A DNA stretch of 64,000 nt from an uncultured Bacillota bacterium (lineage in GTDB: Bacteria; Bacillota_I; Bacilli_A; RFN20; CAG-826). Below the pieces are notes generated by a model. It saw only the letters and a program-made list of their open reading frames with translations. It ran no database searches and was not told the origin of the DNA. Each line of letters begins with the position of its first letter. Within the stretch, counting starts at the first letter, position 1. The stretch covers positions 791,561 to 855,560 of the forward strand of contig OX437086.1 in the NCBI GenBank assembly GCA_949299565.1. Direction: 5' to 3'. The position numbers and the translations under genes are program-made. This document shows, piece after piece, positions 39,492-50,234 of this stretch.

Positions 39492-41211
39492 AAGTTTCAA
39501 TCGCGCGTTCGGCCAAAGATTTTGCATCTTTGAAGCGTCCTTGTAAGAACAGCGTTTCCGCCTGTCTTAAAGCAGTATCAACATCATTATTTCCCAAGCG
39601 ATAACGATTAGCGTGGACAATCGCTGCCTCACTAACTTGAGCGCCGCTTGTTAAAGATTCAACTTCCTTAAAGAAATCATCAGCCAATTTCTGAAGAACT
39701 TCTAAATCTTGATTGCATTTTTTCACATCGATCGGCTGCGATTTTAAATCATCCGACAGACTGTCGATATCCTGATGAATTGCATCAATTACCTCCAAAC
39801 GTTCTTGATATAAACGCTCAAGACGCAAAGAGCGGAGGGCGACTTCGGCGCGTGAGAGGCGGACATAATAATCTTTAATGGCACCATAGGATTTCTCCGC
39901 ATCCGTCTTTAATGATTGTAGATAAGTCAAAAAGGAAGCAATTTCGCCGCTAGCTTCTTGCGCTTGAGTATCCAAAGTCCTCATCTTTTCGACCAAAATC
40001 GAATATGGCTGTTTGGTCGCACTATGGACATAAGTATCCAGCGAACGCTTAGTAGCCCCGCATTTATTGATTGTATTTTGAATCTGATTAATGCGCGCTT
40101 GGTCTTCATCATCTAAAAGATAAACAACACGGATACGCGGCAAAGCATGACAAAGATTGATGAAATCATTTTCGAGCACACTTTCTTTTTGATAGACGCC
40201 TTTGCACTCTAATTCAAAGATTTGACGCGCTTCCTTCTCCTTGTCGAAAGATGCAAAATATCGGTCAATTTGCTCTTCCATCTCTTTTAAAGATGCATCA
40301 ATTCCGTGCAAATCGAGATTGCAAATGCGTTCACGGAAAGTCGATAAATCATGGTTCATCTTTTCCAAATCGCTTCTTAACAAAATGTGATGGAGAGGAT
40401 ACCCGGCATTTTGAAGTTCTTCATAATGATTTTTAAGATTCGCAACTTTATCCGGCAAAATAGTCGTGGTCTCAAGACACTCTTTCGGAAGAATAAGAAG
40501 GACTTTCGCTAACTGATCAACGACGGGTTTGATTTCATGATCAAGAATTTCTTTTCCTTCTTCATAACGCGCGTTTTCGATTTGAAGTTCCGCATTAGAA
40601 ATCAAATCATCAAGTTTTCGGAAAGCTTTGTTGAAAGTTTCATTGACCAGCAATAAATCATCTTGTTTTTGAAAGTATTCTTGCTTGATTCTTCGCAATT
40701 TTTCTTTGCTTTCAATCAAAAGCGAACGGCTTTCATCCTCGAGACGGAATTTTTCTTGTAATGAAGAATGAAGAGAAGCGACGTCGCGTTCATAATTTTC
40801 AATTTCTTTTTTTGCTTCTGGAAGTAACTCTAAAAGTTTATGAAAACGCCGCTCATCAAAGCAATCGCGTAAGCCGTTGACGACGCGCAACGCTTTAGCA
40901 TCGCTATAATCGCGGATATTCTTATATCGGCGATTCCATTCTTGATAAGCATCGATGTAAGTGATGTTCATCGTGGAAATATTTTCGAGACGCTTGATAT
41001 ATTGCGTGTCTTCTCCAAATAAAACGGCGTGCGAGCGATCGAAACGATCGATTAAATCTTTAGCTTGCTTTTTAAGATGCAAGGTTCGAAAAACATAACG
41101 ATAAAGAAGCCAAACAATAAGACTTAAAAGCAAGACACCGCCGGTAACGCCAATCGCGATTAAGGCGTTCGTTAAGGTATCAAAAATCAAGAGATTCATA
41201 AGCACGCTCAT
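39475..41211 (-). CDS. ezrA: Septation ring formation regulator EzrA
   Basis: 578 aa with a single N-terminal TM helix followed by long coiled-coil repeats. Position upstream of iscS-thiI is as in B. subtilis. Confidence 0.75.
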   Translation of the reverse strand: MSVLMNLLIFDTLTNALIAIGVTGGVLLLSLIVWLLYRYVFRTLHLKKQAKDLIDRFDRSHAVLFGEDTQYIKRLENISTMNITYIDAYQEWNRRYKNIRDYSDAKALRVVNGLRDCFDERRFHKLLELLPEAKKEIENYERDVASLHSSLQEKFRLEDESRSLLIESKEKLRRIKQEYFQKQDDLLLVNETFNKAFRKLDDLISNAELQIENARYEEGKEILDHEIKPVVDQLAKVLLILPKECLETTTILPDKVANLKNHYEELQNAGYPLHHILLRSDLEKMNHDLSTFRERICNLDLHGIDASLKEMEEQIDRYFASFDKEKEARQIFELECKGVYQKESVLENDFINLCHALPRIRVVYLLDDEDQARINQIQNTINKCGATKRSLDTYVHSATKQPYSILVEKMRTLDTQAQEASGEIASFLTYLQSLKTDAEKSYGAIKDYYVRLSRAEVALRSLRLERLYQERLEVIDAIHQDIDSLSDDLKSQPIDVKKCNQDLEVLQKLADDFFKEVESLTSGAQVSEAAIVHANRYRLGNNDVDTALRQAETLFLQGRFKDAKSLAERAIETYGNEM

Positions 41212-41293
41212 TCTAGCATAAAATCCTTGAGAGTTGGTGATACTATCGCCAAAATAATGAAGAAGAAGTTGCTTCTTACACTGTTAAATAAAC

Positions 41294-41322
41294 TTGACGA
41301 CCAGCATTTTTGAGCGTATCAT
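41294..41322 (+). promoter_or_regulatory. Candidate sigma-A promoter of rpsD (followed by a leader of about 140 nt)
   Basis: TTGACG, 17 nt spacer, TATCAT. Confidence 0.45.
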
Positions 41323-41472
41323 CGCGCTTGCGTAAGAGTTTAGCTGGCTTTCACGTTTCTGTCTGACGTCGCCAAAACGAGTAACCGCTGCTAAATCGGT
41401 GAAGGAGTGACACCCGAGAAACGGAGAAATCCCCTCTTCTTGAACGCAAGGAACAAGGAAAGGAGTTTTAAA

Positions 41473-42078
41473 ATGTCTAGATACACTGGTTCCAAATGGA
41501 AAAAGTCTCGTCATCTTTCTTTCTCGACTCTTGAGACGAATGACGAACTTAAAAAACGCCCCTACGGTCCGGGGCAACATGGTCAAGACCGCAAGAGAAA
41601 ATCGTCAGAATATGGCACGCAGTTGCTTGAAAAGCAGAAGTTACGTGAATTATATGGCGTCAACGAACGCCAATTCCGCCGTCTCTTCATGATTGCTAAG
41701 AAGGAAAAAACCGTTACTGGTCTTGCTTTCTTCCGTATTCTTGAGAGCCGTCTCGATAATTTGGTCTATCGGATGGGTTTTGCGAGAACGAGAGCTGCTG
41801 CTCGCCAGTTAGTCAACCATGGCCACATTCTCGTAAACGGAAAAAAGGTGGATATCCCCTCCTATTTATGCAATGTCGGGGATAAGATTTCTCTTAAAGA
41901 ATCTTCGCCGTTAAAGGTTGTTAAAGAATCGCTCGATGGCAAACCCGCAATTCCTGGCTATGTGAGCATTGATGTCGAGAAATTTGTTGGAACTTTCGTT
42001 CGTCAGCCAGAGCGGAATGAACTTCCAAAGGATATCAACGAAGCGCAAATCATCGAGTATTATAACCGCAAGTTATAA
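41473..42078 (+). CDS. rpsD: 30S ribosomal protein S4
   Basis: MSRYTGSKWKKSR.L...LESRLDN.VYR.GFA.TR..ARQLV.HGHI.VNGK.V.IPS. RBS AAAGGAG. The upstream extension of the track ORF from 41407 is rejected. Confidence 0.93.
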   Translation: MSRYTGSKWKKSRHLSFSTLETNDELKKRPYGPGQHGQDRKRKSSEYGTQLLEKQKLRELYGVNERQFRRLFMIAKKEKTVTGLAFFRILESRLDNLVYRMGFARTRAAARQLVNHGHILVNGKKVDIPSYLCNVGDKISLKESSPLKVVKESLDGKPAIPGYVSIDVEKFVGTFVRQPERNELPKDINEAQIIEYYNRKL

Positions 42079-42102
42079 TTCTTTATCCTTAAAGAACACT
42101 TT

Positions 42103-42131
42103 AGCCTTTCTTTCGCGAGAAAGGCTTTTTA
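42103..42131 (+). terminator. Intrinsic terminator after rpsD
   Basis: agcctttct-ttcgcg-agaaaggct followed by TTTTTATT. Confidence 0.6.
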
Positions 42132-42144
42132 TTATTTAGCGGCT

Positions 42145-43299
42145 ATGAATATTCATCATTTAGTGAAACGCATCACGCTCGCCAGCGTCCTCTTGGCGTT
42201 AGGCATCCTTTTGCCGCTCTGTTTCCACGGAATCCCTAACGCCGGCAGCATTTTTCTTCCGATGCATATTCCCGTTCTATTGGCCGGTTTCTTGCTGGGG
42301 CCGCTCTACGGACTCCTTCTTGGAATTTTGACCCCATTATTTTCTTTCACAATCACCGGCATGCCGAACGCAGTCATGCTGCCAGAGATGCTGGTAGAAC
42401 TCTTGTTCTACGGTTTTTTAAGCGGAGCGTTCTTTCGCCTCATCAAAACGCATCATTTGACGCTCGACATTATAATTAGTCTCACCTTAGCTCTTTTAAT
42501 CGGAAAGGCGATGCGTGGCATCACTGCTATTTTTCTTTATATGAGTCGTGGAAACGCTTATACTTGGCAAATTTTCTTCACAGCCCTTTTTGTCACCGCG
42601 TGGCCGGGACTTCTGATTCAATATATTTTAATACCGACTCTCCTTCTGACGCTTGCAAAGATTGGTTTTATCAAAGAGAAAGACCGTTATCTATTTCCCA
42701 ACTATCGCTTGAAGAAACGTGAAGAAGAAACTGCACTTTTCTTCACAAAGACACATAAAGAAACGATTGGAAATCTCGATAAATTTATTGCACTCTATCC
42801 GCAAAATCTTCTTGATAACCAAATGCGTGTTTTAGATGTCGGGGCCGGGACTGGCGTTATTGAACCCTATTTAGCAAAAAAATTCTCAGAAGTCGTTGCT
42901 TTGGATTTGAGCAAAGAATCGTTAGAGATCGCGCAGAAAAACATTCAAGAGGCGAATGTCGATTACGTAAATCTCGATTACTTCCTTTATCGCGATAAGC
43001 AACTGTTTGACATGATCATCCTCTATAACACCTATCCGCATTTTTTAGATCTTGAGAAGTTCGAAGAGAAGACTCTTGAGCTGTTGAAAGAAGGCGGTTA
43101 TTTATTAGTCATCCAAGATGAAAATCGCCTAAAAATCAATCAAAGGGCCAAGAAAAAGAAAATATCTCGCCCTTTGCTCCCGATCGAAGAAGAACTCAAA
43201 AATTACAAAAAAAGATTTGCCATTCTTCTTCAGGAAGATAATGACAAATCCTATCGTTTTCTCTTAAAAAAGCTCAGCGAAGAACAAAAGAAGAATTAA
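42145..43299 (+). CDS. Fusion protein: ECF-S-component-like membrane domain (about 1-175) plus class I SAM-dependent methyltransferase domain (about 200-384)
   Basis: N-terminal LPMHIPVLLAGFLLGPLYGLLLGILTPL... with about five or six TM helices. The C-terminal part has motif I, VLDVGAGTGV, then ALDLS, then FDMIILYNTYPHF. Confidence 0.6.
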   Translation: MNIHHLVKRITLASVLLALGILLPLCFHGIPNAGSIFLPMHIPVLLAGFLLGPLYGLLLGILTPLFSFTITGMPNAVMLPEMLVELLFYGFLSGAFFRLIKTHHLTLDIIISLTLALLIGKAMRGITAIFLYMSRGNAYTWQIFFTALFVTAWPGLLIQYILIPTLLLTLAKIGFIKEKDRYLFPNYRLKKREEETALFFTKTHKETIGNLDKFIALYPQNLLDNQMRVLDVGAGTGVIEPYLAKKFSEVVALDLSKESLEIAQKNIQEANVDYVNLDYFLYRDKQLFDMIILYNTYPHFLDLEKFEEKTLELLKEGGYLLVIQDENRLKINQRAKKKKISRPLLPIEEELKNYKKRFAILLQEDNDKSYRFLLKKLSEEQKKN

Positions 43300-43474
43300 T
43301 TTCTTCTGGCACCATGTGCGTTGGTGCATCGTGATAACTTCTAACATCTTGTGGCATCAAGAAGTAAGTAGTGACTGCCGAAACGGCAACGATAAGAAGA
43401 AAGATTCCGATATAAAGAAGAACATGACGAACTTTATGTGTCGGCTTTTTCGAAACAATAACTTCCTTTTCCAT
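43274..43474 (-). CDS. Small single-TM protein
   Basis: 66 aa; RBS GAGG about 10 nt upstream; downstream of and co-oriented with 43485..44411. Confidence 0.4.
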   Translation of the reverse strand: MEKEVIVSKKPTHKVRHVLLYIGIFLLIVAVSAVTTYFLMPQDVRSYHDAPTHMVPEEINSSFVLR

Positions 43475-43484
43475 ATTTTAAACC

Positions 43485-44411
43485 TCAAATCGCACTATAA
43501 CTGACGCTTTCGTCAACATTTGGAATTTGAATCACCACGTCGGTAAAATAATTGGTTGTGATTGTTGAAGAAATGGCTGATCCAATCCCGCTTGCTAAAG
43601 TCGCGTGATATGACTCATGAGTATTCATGCTGATAAGCGATAAATCCTCGCCTAAAGTGAAAGTCAAATCGACATAATCAAACGATGGATAACTAGCAAG
43701 GTTAGAGATTGTCTTCATCTGACGAACATATCCCTGCACGCCGAGAATCGGGTCAAGAGCCAAGACTAAAGAATACGTGTCGTCGTCATTTTTGGTAAAG
43801 GAAGTAGTAACAAATTCGTTTTTATCAAGAACGGAAAGGTAATCTAACGTGTAATTGCAAGGATTCTCTAAAGTGCGTCCCATGAGATCAACATATTCGT
43901 CTACGTCGTAGAGATTTCCGTCTTTCTCAAATGAAGCGCTTGTCATATCAGAAGAAGTGACGCCTCGGTATTGAACGACCTCGTCGCCGTCTTGATACAT
44001 TCTAAGGGCATCTTTAACCATCCCGGAATATGAAAGAGATTCTTCAAAGAAATCATTACCCTGTCGGATATGGGTGCTATGAATCGCTTGATGAACAAGT
44101 CCAAGTGCCACTGCTTCTCCGCTTGATTGCGAGAAATGATTCTCGCTTGAGGAGAAAAGATCAAAAGCAATTCTCGCTGCTTCGACAGGCTCAAAGACAT
44201 CGCTGTAATCGGTGGATTCACTATCAAGCCCATGATATTCAAGCATCAAAGCTTCCATGTCGAGAGGTTCATCAGGAAGACTGCTGTAATCGGTTTCGGG
44301 TCCTGGTCCGAACATACTATGCGCAAAGGAACCAGCAAAGTAGCCGACAGTAACCGCGCTTCCGACAAAGGCAACGCTCAATGTAATTTTTAATGCAAAG
44401 CCAACCTTCAT
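43485..44411 (-). CDS. N-terminally anchored extracellular protein, unknown function
   Basis: 308 aa with a signal-anchor helix followed by an acidic soluble domain. No motif recognised. Confidence 0.5.
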   Translation of the reverse strand: MKVGFALKITLSVAFVGSAVTVGYFAGSFAHSMFGPGPETDYSSLPDEPLDMEALMLEYHGLDSESTDYSDVFEPVEAARIAFDLFSSSENHFSQSSGEAVALGLVHQAIHSTHIRQGNDFFEESLSYSGMVKDALRMYQDGDEVVQYRGVTSSDMTSASFEKDGNLYDVDEYVDLMGRTLENPCNYTLDYLSVLDKNEFVTTSFTKNDDDTYSLVLALDPILGVQGYVRQMKTISNLASYPSFDYVDLTFTLGEDLSLISMNTHESYHATLASGIGSAISSTITTNYFTDVVIQIPNVDESVSYSAI

Positions 44412-44632
44412 AGACCCTCCTTGCGACCTTTATCATAGATGATAAAAATCATGAGTCTATCTCTTGCTCGTCTTTAAGCCGTAGAAGCCAATTCTCTGTT
44501 TTGTAGAATTAAAAAGTTAAGTATTCATGGTCATTTTTACATATGAATATCAATATTTCTCCAATCTTGAACAACATAATTCCCTCAAAAAACTATACTT
44601 TTTTCCTCTGATTAACTATCATAATCACACCT

Positions 44633-45223
44633 ATGAGTCTAGAAGAAACAGTTGCTAAAAATCTCGTGGAGTTACGAAAAAGCAAACATTTAACTCAACA
44701 AGAATTGGCCGAGCAAATCGGCTACAGCGATAAATCAATTTCAAAGTGGGAACTCGGAAAAGCTCTTCCTAAGGCTGACGTATTGCTGCGCTTTGCTGAG
44801 TTTTATGGCGTCAGCGTGGACTCGCTCTTGCACAATACCCCAATCATCAAAATTGAGGAGAAAGAAACTCCAAAGAACAATGTCAACAAAATCATTCTTC
44901 TATGCTTAGCGGTCTGTACAATCTTTTTGATTGCCGCCATCATTTATGCTTATTGCTACATGCAAGGCATTAATCTTGATAGCGTTTGGATCGTTTTTGT
45001 TTGGGCAATCCCTGTTTCTTTCTTTGTCTCCTCTTTAATGTATTGGAAGTCATACGGACGACGAAATGTCGTATTCGTGATACTTACTTCGCTTTTTATA
45101 TGGACGCTTGTGCTCGCGTTCGGAATTCATTTTCAGGTTCTCTTGAATCAAAACATTTGGTATATCATGGTCGTTGCCGTCCCCGTTCAAGCCGCGATGA
45201 TTCTTATATCGCGTTTACGATAA
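44633..45223 (+). CDS. XRE-family HTH regulator fused to a four-TM membrane domain
   Basis: LVELRKSKHLTQQELAEQIGYSDKSISKWELGKALP is a canonical Cro/C1 HTH, followed by hydrophobic helices. Confidence 0.65.
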   Translation: MSLEETVAKNLVELRKSKHLTQQELAEQIGYSDKSISKWELGKALPKADVLLRFAEFYGVSVDSLLHNTPIIKIEEKETPKNNVNKIILLCLAVCTIFLIAAIIYAYCYMQGINLDSVWIVFVWAIPVSFFVSSLMYWKSYGRRNVVFVILTSLFIWTLVLAFGIHFQVLLNQNIWYIMVVAVPVQAAMILISRLR

Positions 45224-45253
45224 AAAAACCGCGCAATTCGCGCGGATTTTTTT
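45222..45253. terminator. Bidirectional terminator between the XRE gene and tyrS
   Basis: A-run, then ccgcgc-aattc-gcgcgg, then a T-run. Confidence 0.5.
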
Positions 45254-45256
45254 GTT

Positions 45257-46510
45257 TTATTCAGCAATTACAGCAAGATAATAGTTTTTCTTCCCGCGTT
45301 TGATGACGAGGTATTTGCCGTAAAGCGCCTCGTCTTTGCCATAAACGTGCGATGGATCAAAAGCTTTTTGATCATTGACGCTTATCGACCCGCCTAAGAT
45401 GAAGGTGCGAGCTTGCGTTTTAGAAGGCGCCACACCAACATTCACTAATAAATCAACTAACGGCAAACCTAGACTTACGACTTTGCGAAGGCTTCCTAAA
45501 ACCTCCTCAATCCCTTCTTCGCTTAGCGATGAGACTTGATTTGTAAATAAAGCCACTGACATTCTTTCGGCTTCTAACGTTTTTTCTTCTCCGTGTATCG
45601 TTTTAGTAACTTCATGCGCCAAAGTCTTTTGAGCCAAACGCGCACCGGGATTTTTTAAATGCTCGAGAGAAATTTCTTCAATTTTTTCAAGCGGTAAGAA
45701 CGTGAAGATTTTTAAATAACGAAGCGCATCGTCGTCCGCGGTATTTAAAAGATATTGATATAAGCGATAGGGAGACGTCAATTTTGGATCAAGAAACAAT
45801 GCCCCTTCTTCAGATTTTCCAAATTTTCTTCCATCGCTTCTAGTGATTAATTTAGCAGTAAAAACTTCGCAGGCCGCGTCTTCGCCTTTCTTTTTGCGAA
45901 TAAGTTCTAAACCAGATGTTAAATTGCCCCACTGGTCATTCCCGCCAATTTGGAGATGGCATCCATATTCATCATAAAGATGAAGGAAGTCTAAAGACTG
46001 GAGAATTTGATAACTGAATTCCGTAAAAGAAATTCCACTTTCTAAACGCGAAGCAACAATTTCTTTCGCAAGCATGTAGTTGACTGAGAAATATTTCCCA
46101 TAATCTCTTAAAAAATCGAGAACGCTTAAAGAACCAATCCAATCGTAATTATTGAGAATTAAGCCGCGCTCAGGATCTGATAAATCAAGGAAACGTTCTA
46201 ATTGTTTTTTAATGGATAAGGTGTTTGCCTTTAAAGTTTCACTATTTTGAAGATTCCGTTCCTTGCTTTTGCCTGACGGATCGCCAATCATTCCGGTCGC
46301 TCCGCCAACCAAAGCGATAATTCGATGTCCGGCTTGCTGCAAACGCATCAAAAGGGAAATCATTACAAAATTGCCTAAATGCATTGAAGAGGCTGAGGGA
46401 TCAAATCCGCAATAAATCGTCGTCGGTTTCTCTAAAAGTTTACGAACTTCCTCTTCGTTTGAATATTGGGCAATCAAGCCGCGAGCCACTAATTCATCAA
46501 AAATATTCAT
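45257..46510 (-). CDS. tyrS: Tyrosyl-tRNA synthetase
   Basis: YCGFDPSASSMHLGN (HIGH), GGNDQWGN, KFGKS (KMSKS) and a C-terminal S4 domain. Confidence 0.92.
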   Translation of the reverse strand: MNIFDELVARGLIAQYSNEEEVRKLLEKPTTIYCGFDPSASSMHLGNFVMISLLMRLQQAGHRIIALVGGATGMIGDPSGKSKERNLQNSETLKANTLSIKKQLERFLDLSDPERGLILNNYDWIGSLSVLDFLRDYGKYFSVNYMLAKEIVASRLESGISFTEFSYQILQSLDFLHLYDEYGCHLQIGGNDQWGNLTSGLELIRKKKGEDAACEVFTAKLITRSDGRKFGKSEEGALFLDPKLTSPYRLYQYLLNTADDDALRYLKIFTFLPLEKIEEISLEHLKNPGARLAQKTLAHEVTKTIHGEEKTLEAERMSVALFTNQVSSLSEEGIEEVLGSLRKVVSLGLPLVDLLVNVGVAPSKTQARTFILGGSISVNDQKAFDPSHVYGKDEALYGKYLVIKRGKKNYYLAVIAE

Positions 46511-46565
46511 GGTTATTCTCCCATGCCATATTCTAGGCGAAACAAAAGCAAATAGGTAGTCATAA

Positions 46566-46597
46566 GCAAAAGAAAAGGCCGCTTGGAAAGCGACCTT
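46566..46597 (-). terminator. Intrinsic terminator after groEL
   Basis: aaggccgctt-gga-aagcgacctt (one G-U pair), with a U-run on the minus strand. Confidence 0.55.
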
Positions 46598-46621
46598 TCA
46601 GTTTGAATTTAATGAGATGGA

Positions 46622-48259
<1,638 letters not shown>

Positions 48260-48302
48260 CTACGTGTAATTTTTCAAATGTAGTTTTCGATCAATTATTC
48301 AG

Positions 48303-48584
48303 TTATTCAGTAACGATTGCCAAAATATCTTCAGCTTTGATCAAAAGATATTTATGCTCTCCTTCTTCGTAATCAGTTCCGGCGTATTCCCGATAAATAA
48401 CGCGGTCGCCCTCTTTAATTCCGGCAATCGGAAGAAGTTTTCCTTCTTCAATTTTACCAGGACCTAAGGCCACGACAGTTGCTACATTTCCAGTTTTTTT
48501 CTCGCTGGTCAAGACAATTGATCCAACTTTCTTTTCAGTCGGCAGTTTCTCAATCACTAGATAATCATTGAGTGGTTTAATCAT
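48303..48584 (-). CDS. groES: Co-chaperonin GroES
   Basis: MIKPL.D.LVIE........GSIVL.....K...A.VVA.GPG. Confidence 0.93.
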   Translation of the reverse strand: MIKPLNDYLVIEKLPTEKKVGSIVLTSEKKTGNVATVVALGPGKIEEGKLLPIAGIKEGDRVIYREYAGTDYEEGEHKYLLIKAEDILAIVTE

Positions 48585-48631
48585 TTCTACTTAGCCTCCA
48601 ATTGAGCTTTTTCACGCAGCTCACGTCACTT

Positions 48632-48659
48632 ATCATATCCAGAACTTTAGCAGTGTCAA
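48632..48659 (-). promoter_or_regulatory. Candidate groESL promoter overlapping CIRCE
   Basis: Minus strand: TTGACA (48659-48654), 16 nt spacer, TATGAT (48637-48632). Confidence 0.4.
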
Positions 48660-48673
48660 TAGATTAGTGCTAA
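48647..48673. promoter_or_regulatory. CIRCE operator (HrcA binding site), one arm imperfect
   Basis: TTAGCAGTG-N9-TAGTGCTAA versus the consensus TTAGCACTC-N9-GAGTGCTAA. It lies upstream of groES. Confidence 0.6.
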
Positions 48674-48795
48674 ATATCTTTAACTGCTAAAATTGCTTAA
48701 ACCATTCATCTAGAAGAAAATCTGGTTCTCATATCTCTTTTGACATTCTAAGAGGAAGAGCATTTAATATTCACGTCATAGACGTGGAAGATCCT

Positions 48796-50220
48796 ATGGA
48801 GAAACTCAAGAGAAGAAAATGGCATCGTCATCTCTCGCCAATAGCTATCATCTGTCTATCATTCTTGCTTGTCATTTTCCTTGGTAGCGGGCTTCTCTCT
48901 TTGCCGATTGCAATCAAAGAAGGAGTTGAAGTTCAATATATCGATAATTTGTTTACCGCTGTCAGTTGCACTTGCGTCACAGGGCTTGTCAGTGTCCAGC
49001 TCGGAGCCGGAGACACCTATACGCTTTTCGGGCGCAGCGTCATGGGTATTCTCATCGCTTTAGGCGGTTTAGGCGTCAGCACTCTCGGTGTCTTCTTTTA
49101 TATGCTTTTTGCCTCGAAACTCGGGATTACAAGTCAGACTCTTATCAAAGAAAACTGGAATTTGAGAAGCTTGAAATCGGTCCGCAAAATCTTTTTGCAA
49201 GTTCTTTTAGTCGCCGCCTCTTTTGTTACGTTTGGAGCTATTCTAACTTTTTTCGATCTTTTCTTTCTTCATAACTACAATGTTGATGAAGCGATTGGCT
49301 ATGCGATTTTTCATGCCGTCTCGGCTTACAACAACGCTGGCTTCGATGTTTTTAGCGGCAATACAACAAACCTTGTGATGTTCAATAACGACATCATGAT
49401 GAATTTAATAACAGCTTTTCTAATTGTCAGTGGCGGACTTGGATATTTTGTCGTCATTGAGCTTTTTTCCCGCCGCTTCCGTTTCAAGCGTTTTTCTTTG
49501 CACGCTAAAATCGTCGTGACTTATTCTTTGACCCTAATTTTCGTTGGGACGCTTCTCATCTATCTATTGGAACTTAATAATCCCAGCAATGTTACCGACG
49601 CTTCGCCGGACGGCGTGACCTTTATGGGCGCGTTCTTTATGTCAGTCAGTTCCAGGACTGCCGGCTTTTCCTTTTATGATCTATCGCATTTTAAAGAAGT
49701 TACGGTTCTTTTCATGTGCGCTTTAATGTTTGTGGGCGCCTCCCCGGGAAGCGCTGGTGGCGGCATTAAAACCACTACATTCGCTCTTGCCGTAGCTTAT
49801 CTCCGCGGATTGGTTACAAATCGTCAGCCTTACCTTTTCAAGCGTTCAATCCCCTATAAATTGGTGCGAAAAGCTCTCATTATTATGTCATTAGGCTTTG
49901 TCTTCTTTTTACTGGGTTTAATGTTCATTTGCGGTTTTGAAAGCGACGCTAATTATCTGCTTGATGGCGAACGTTATTTCACCTATGTTGAAGGCGCTAC
50001 GCGTTTCAGTCTCATCGACTACACGTTTGAAGCGATGTCGGCCTTCGGAACTGTTGGATTGTCAACGGGTTTCACCCCCTATTACACTGTCGGCAGTAAA
50101 ATCGTTCTTATTTGCTTGATGTATATTGGTCGCGTGGGACCTCTATCTATCTCTACCACTTTTAGAAAACAAACAACTGAAACCTTCCGCTACCCGGAAG
50201 AAGATGTACCAATCGGTTAA
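48796..50220 (+). CDS. ktrB: TrkH/KtrB-family potassium uptake membrane subunit
   Basis: Polytopic protein with repeated pore-loop-like segments (TGL.., NNAGFD, SRTAGF, TVGLSTG). ATG 48796 is preferred over GTG 48784. Confidence 0.8.
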   Translation: MEKLKRRKWHRHLSPIAIICLSFLLVIFLGSGLLSLPIAIKEGVEVQYIDNLFTAVSCTCVTGLVSVQLGAGDTYTLFGRSVMGILIALGGLGVSTLGVFFYMLFASKLGITSQTLIKENWNLRSLKSVRKIFLQVLLVAASFVTFGAILTFFDLFFLHNYNVDEAIGYAIFHAVSAYNNAGFDVFSGNTTNLVMFNNDIMMNLITAFLIVSGGLGYFVVIELFSRRFRFKRFSLHAKIVVTYSLTLIFVGTLLIYLLELNNPSNVTDASPDGVTFMGAFFMSVSSRTAGFSFYDLSHFKEVTVLFMCALMFVGASPGSAGGGIKTTTFALAVAYLRGLVTNRQPYLFKRSIPYKLVRKALIIMSLGFVFFLLGLMFICGFESDANYLLDGERYFTYVEGATRFSLIDYTFEAMSAFGTVGLSTGFTPYYTVGSKIVLICLMYIGRVGPLSISTTFRKQTTETFRYPEEDVPIG

Positions 50221-50234
50221 AAAGGAGAATACCT

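Noticed and set aside
41284-41472. ORF 41284..41586 (minus strand), and the upstream extension of rpsD from 41407.
   Set aside because: S4 universally begins MSRYTG... RBS AAAGGAG precedes ATG 41473. The upstream part is leader RNA.
46511-46621. T-box or other leader upstream of tyrS. The same question applies to pheS (969-1036) and proS (60078-60281).
   Set aside because: The spacers are too short (111 and 68 nt) or, for proS, lack any GGUGGUACCGCG-like core. The tyrS spacer is mostly the groEL terminator.
48585-48795. A c-di-AMP (ydaO/kimA-type) riboswitch upstream of ktrB.
   Set aside because: The 200-nt spacer is occupied by the divergent groES promoter and CIRCE. I saw none of the conserved ACGGGGA/CCCA-type pseudo-symmetric motifs.
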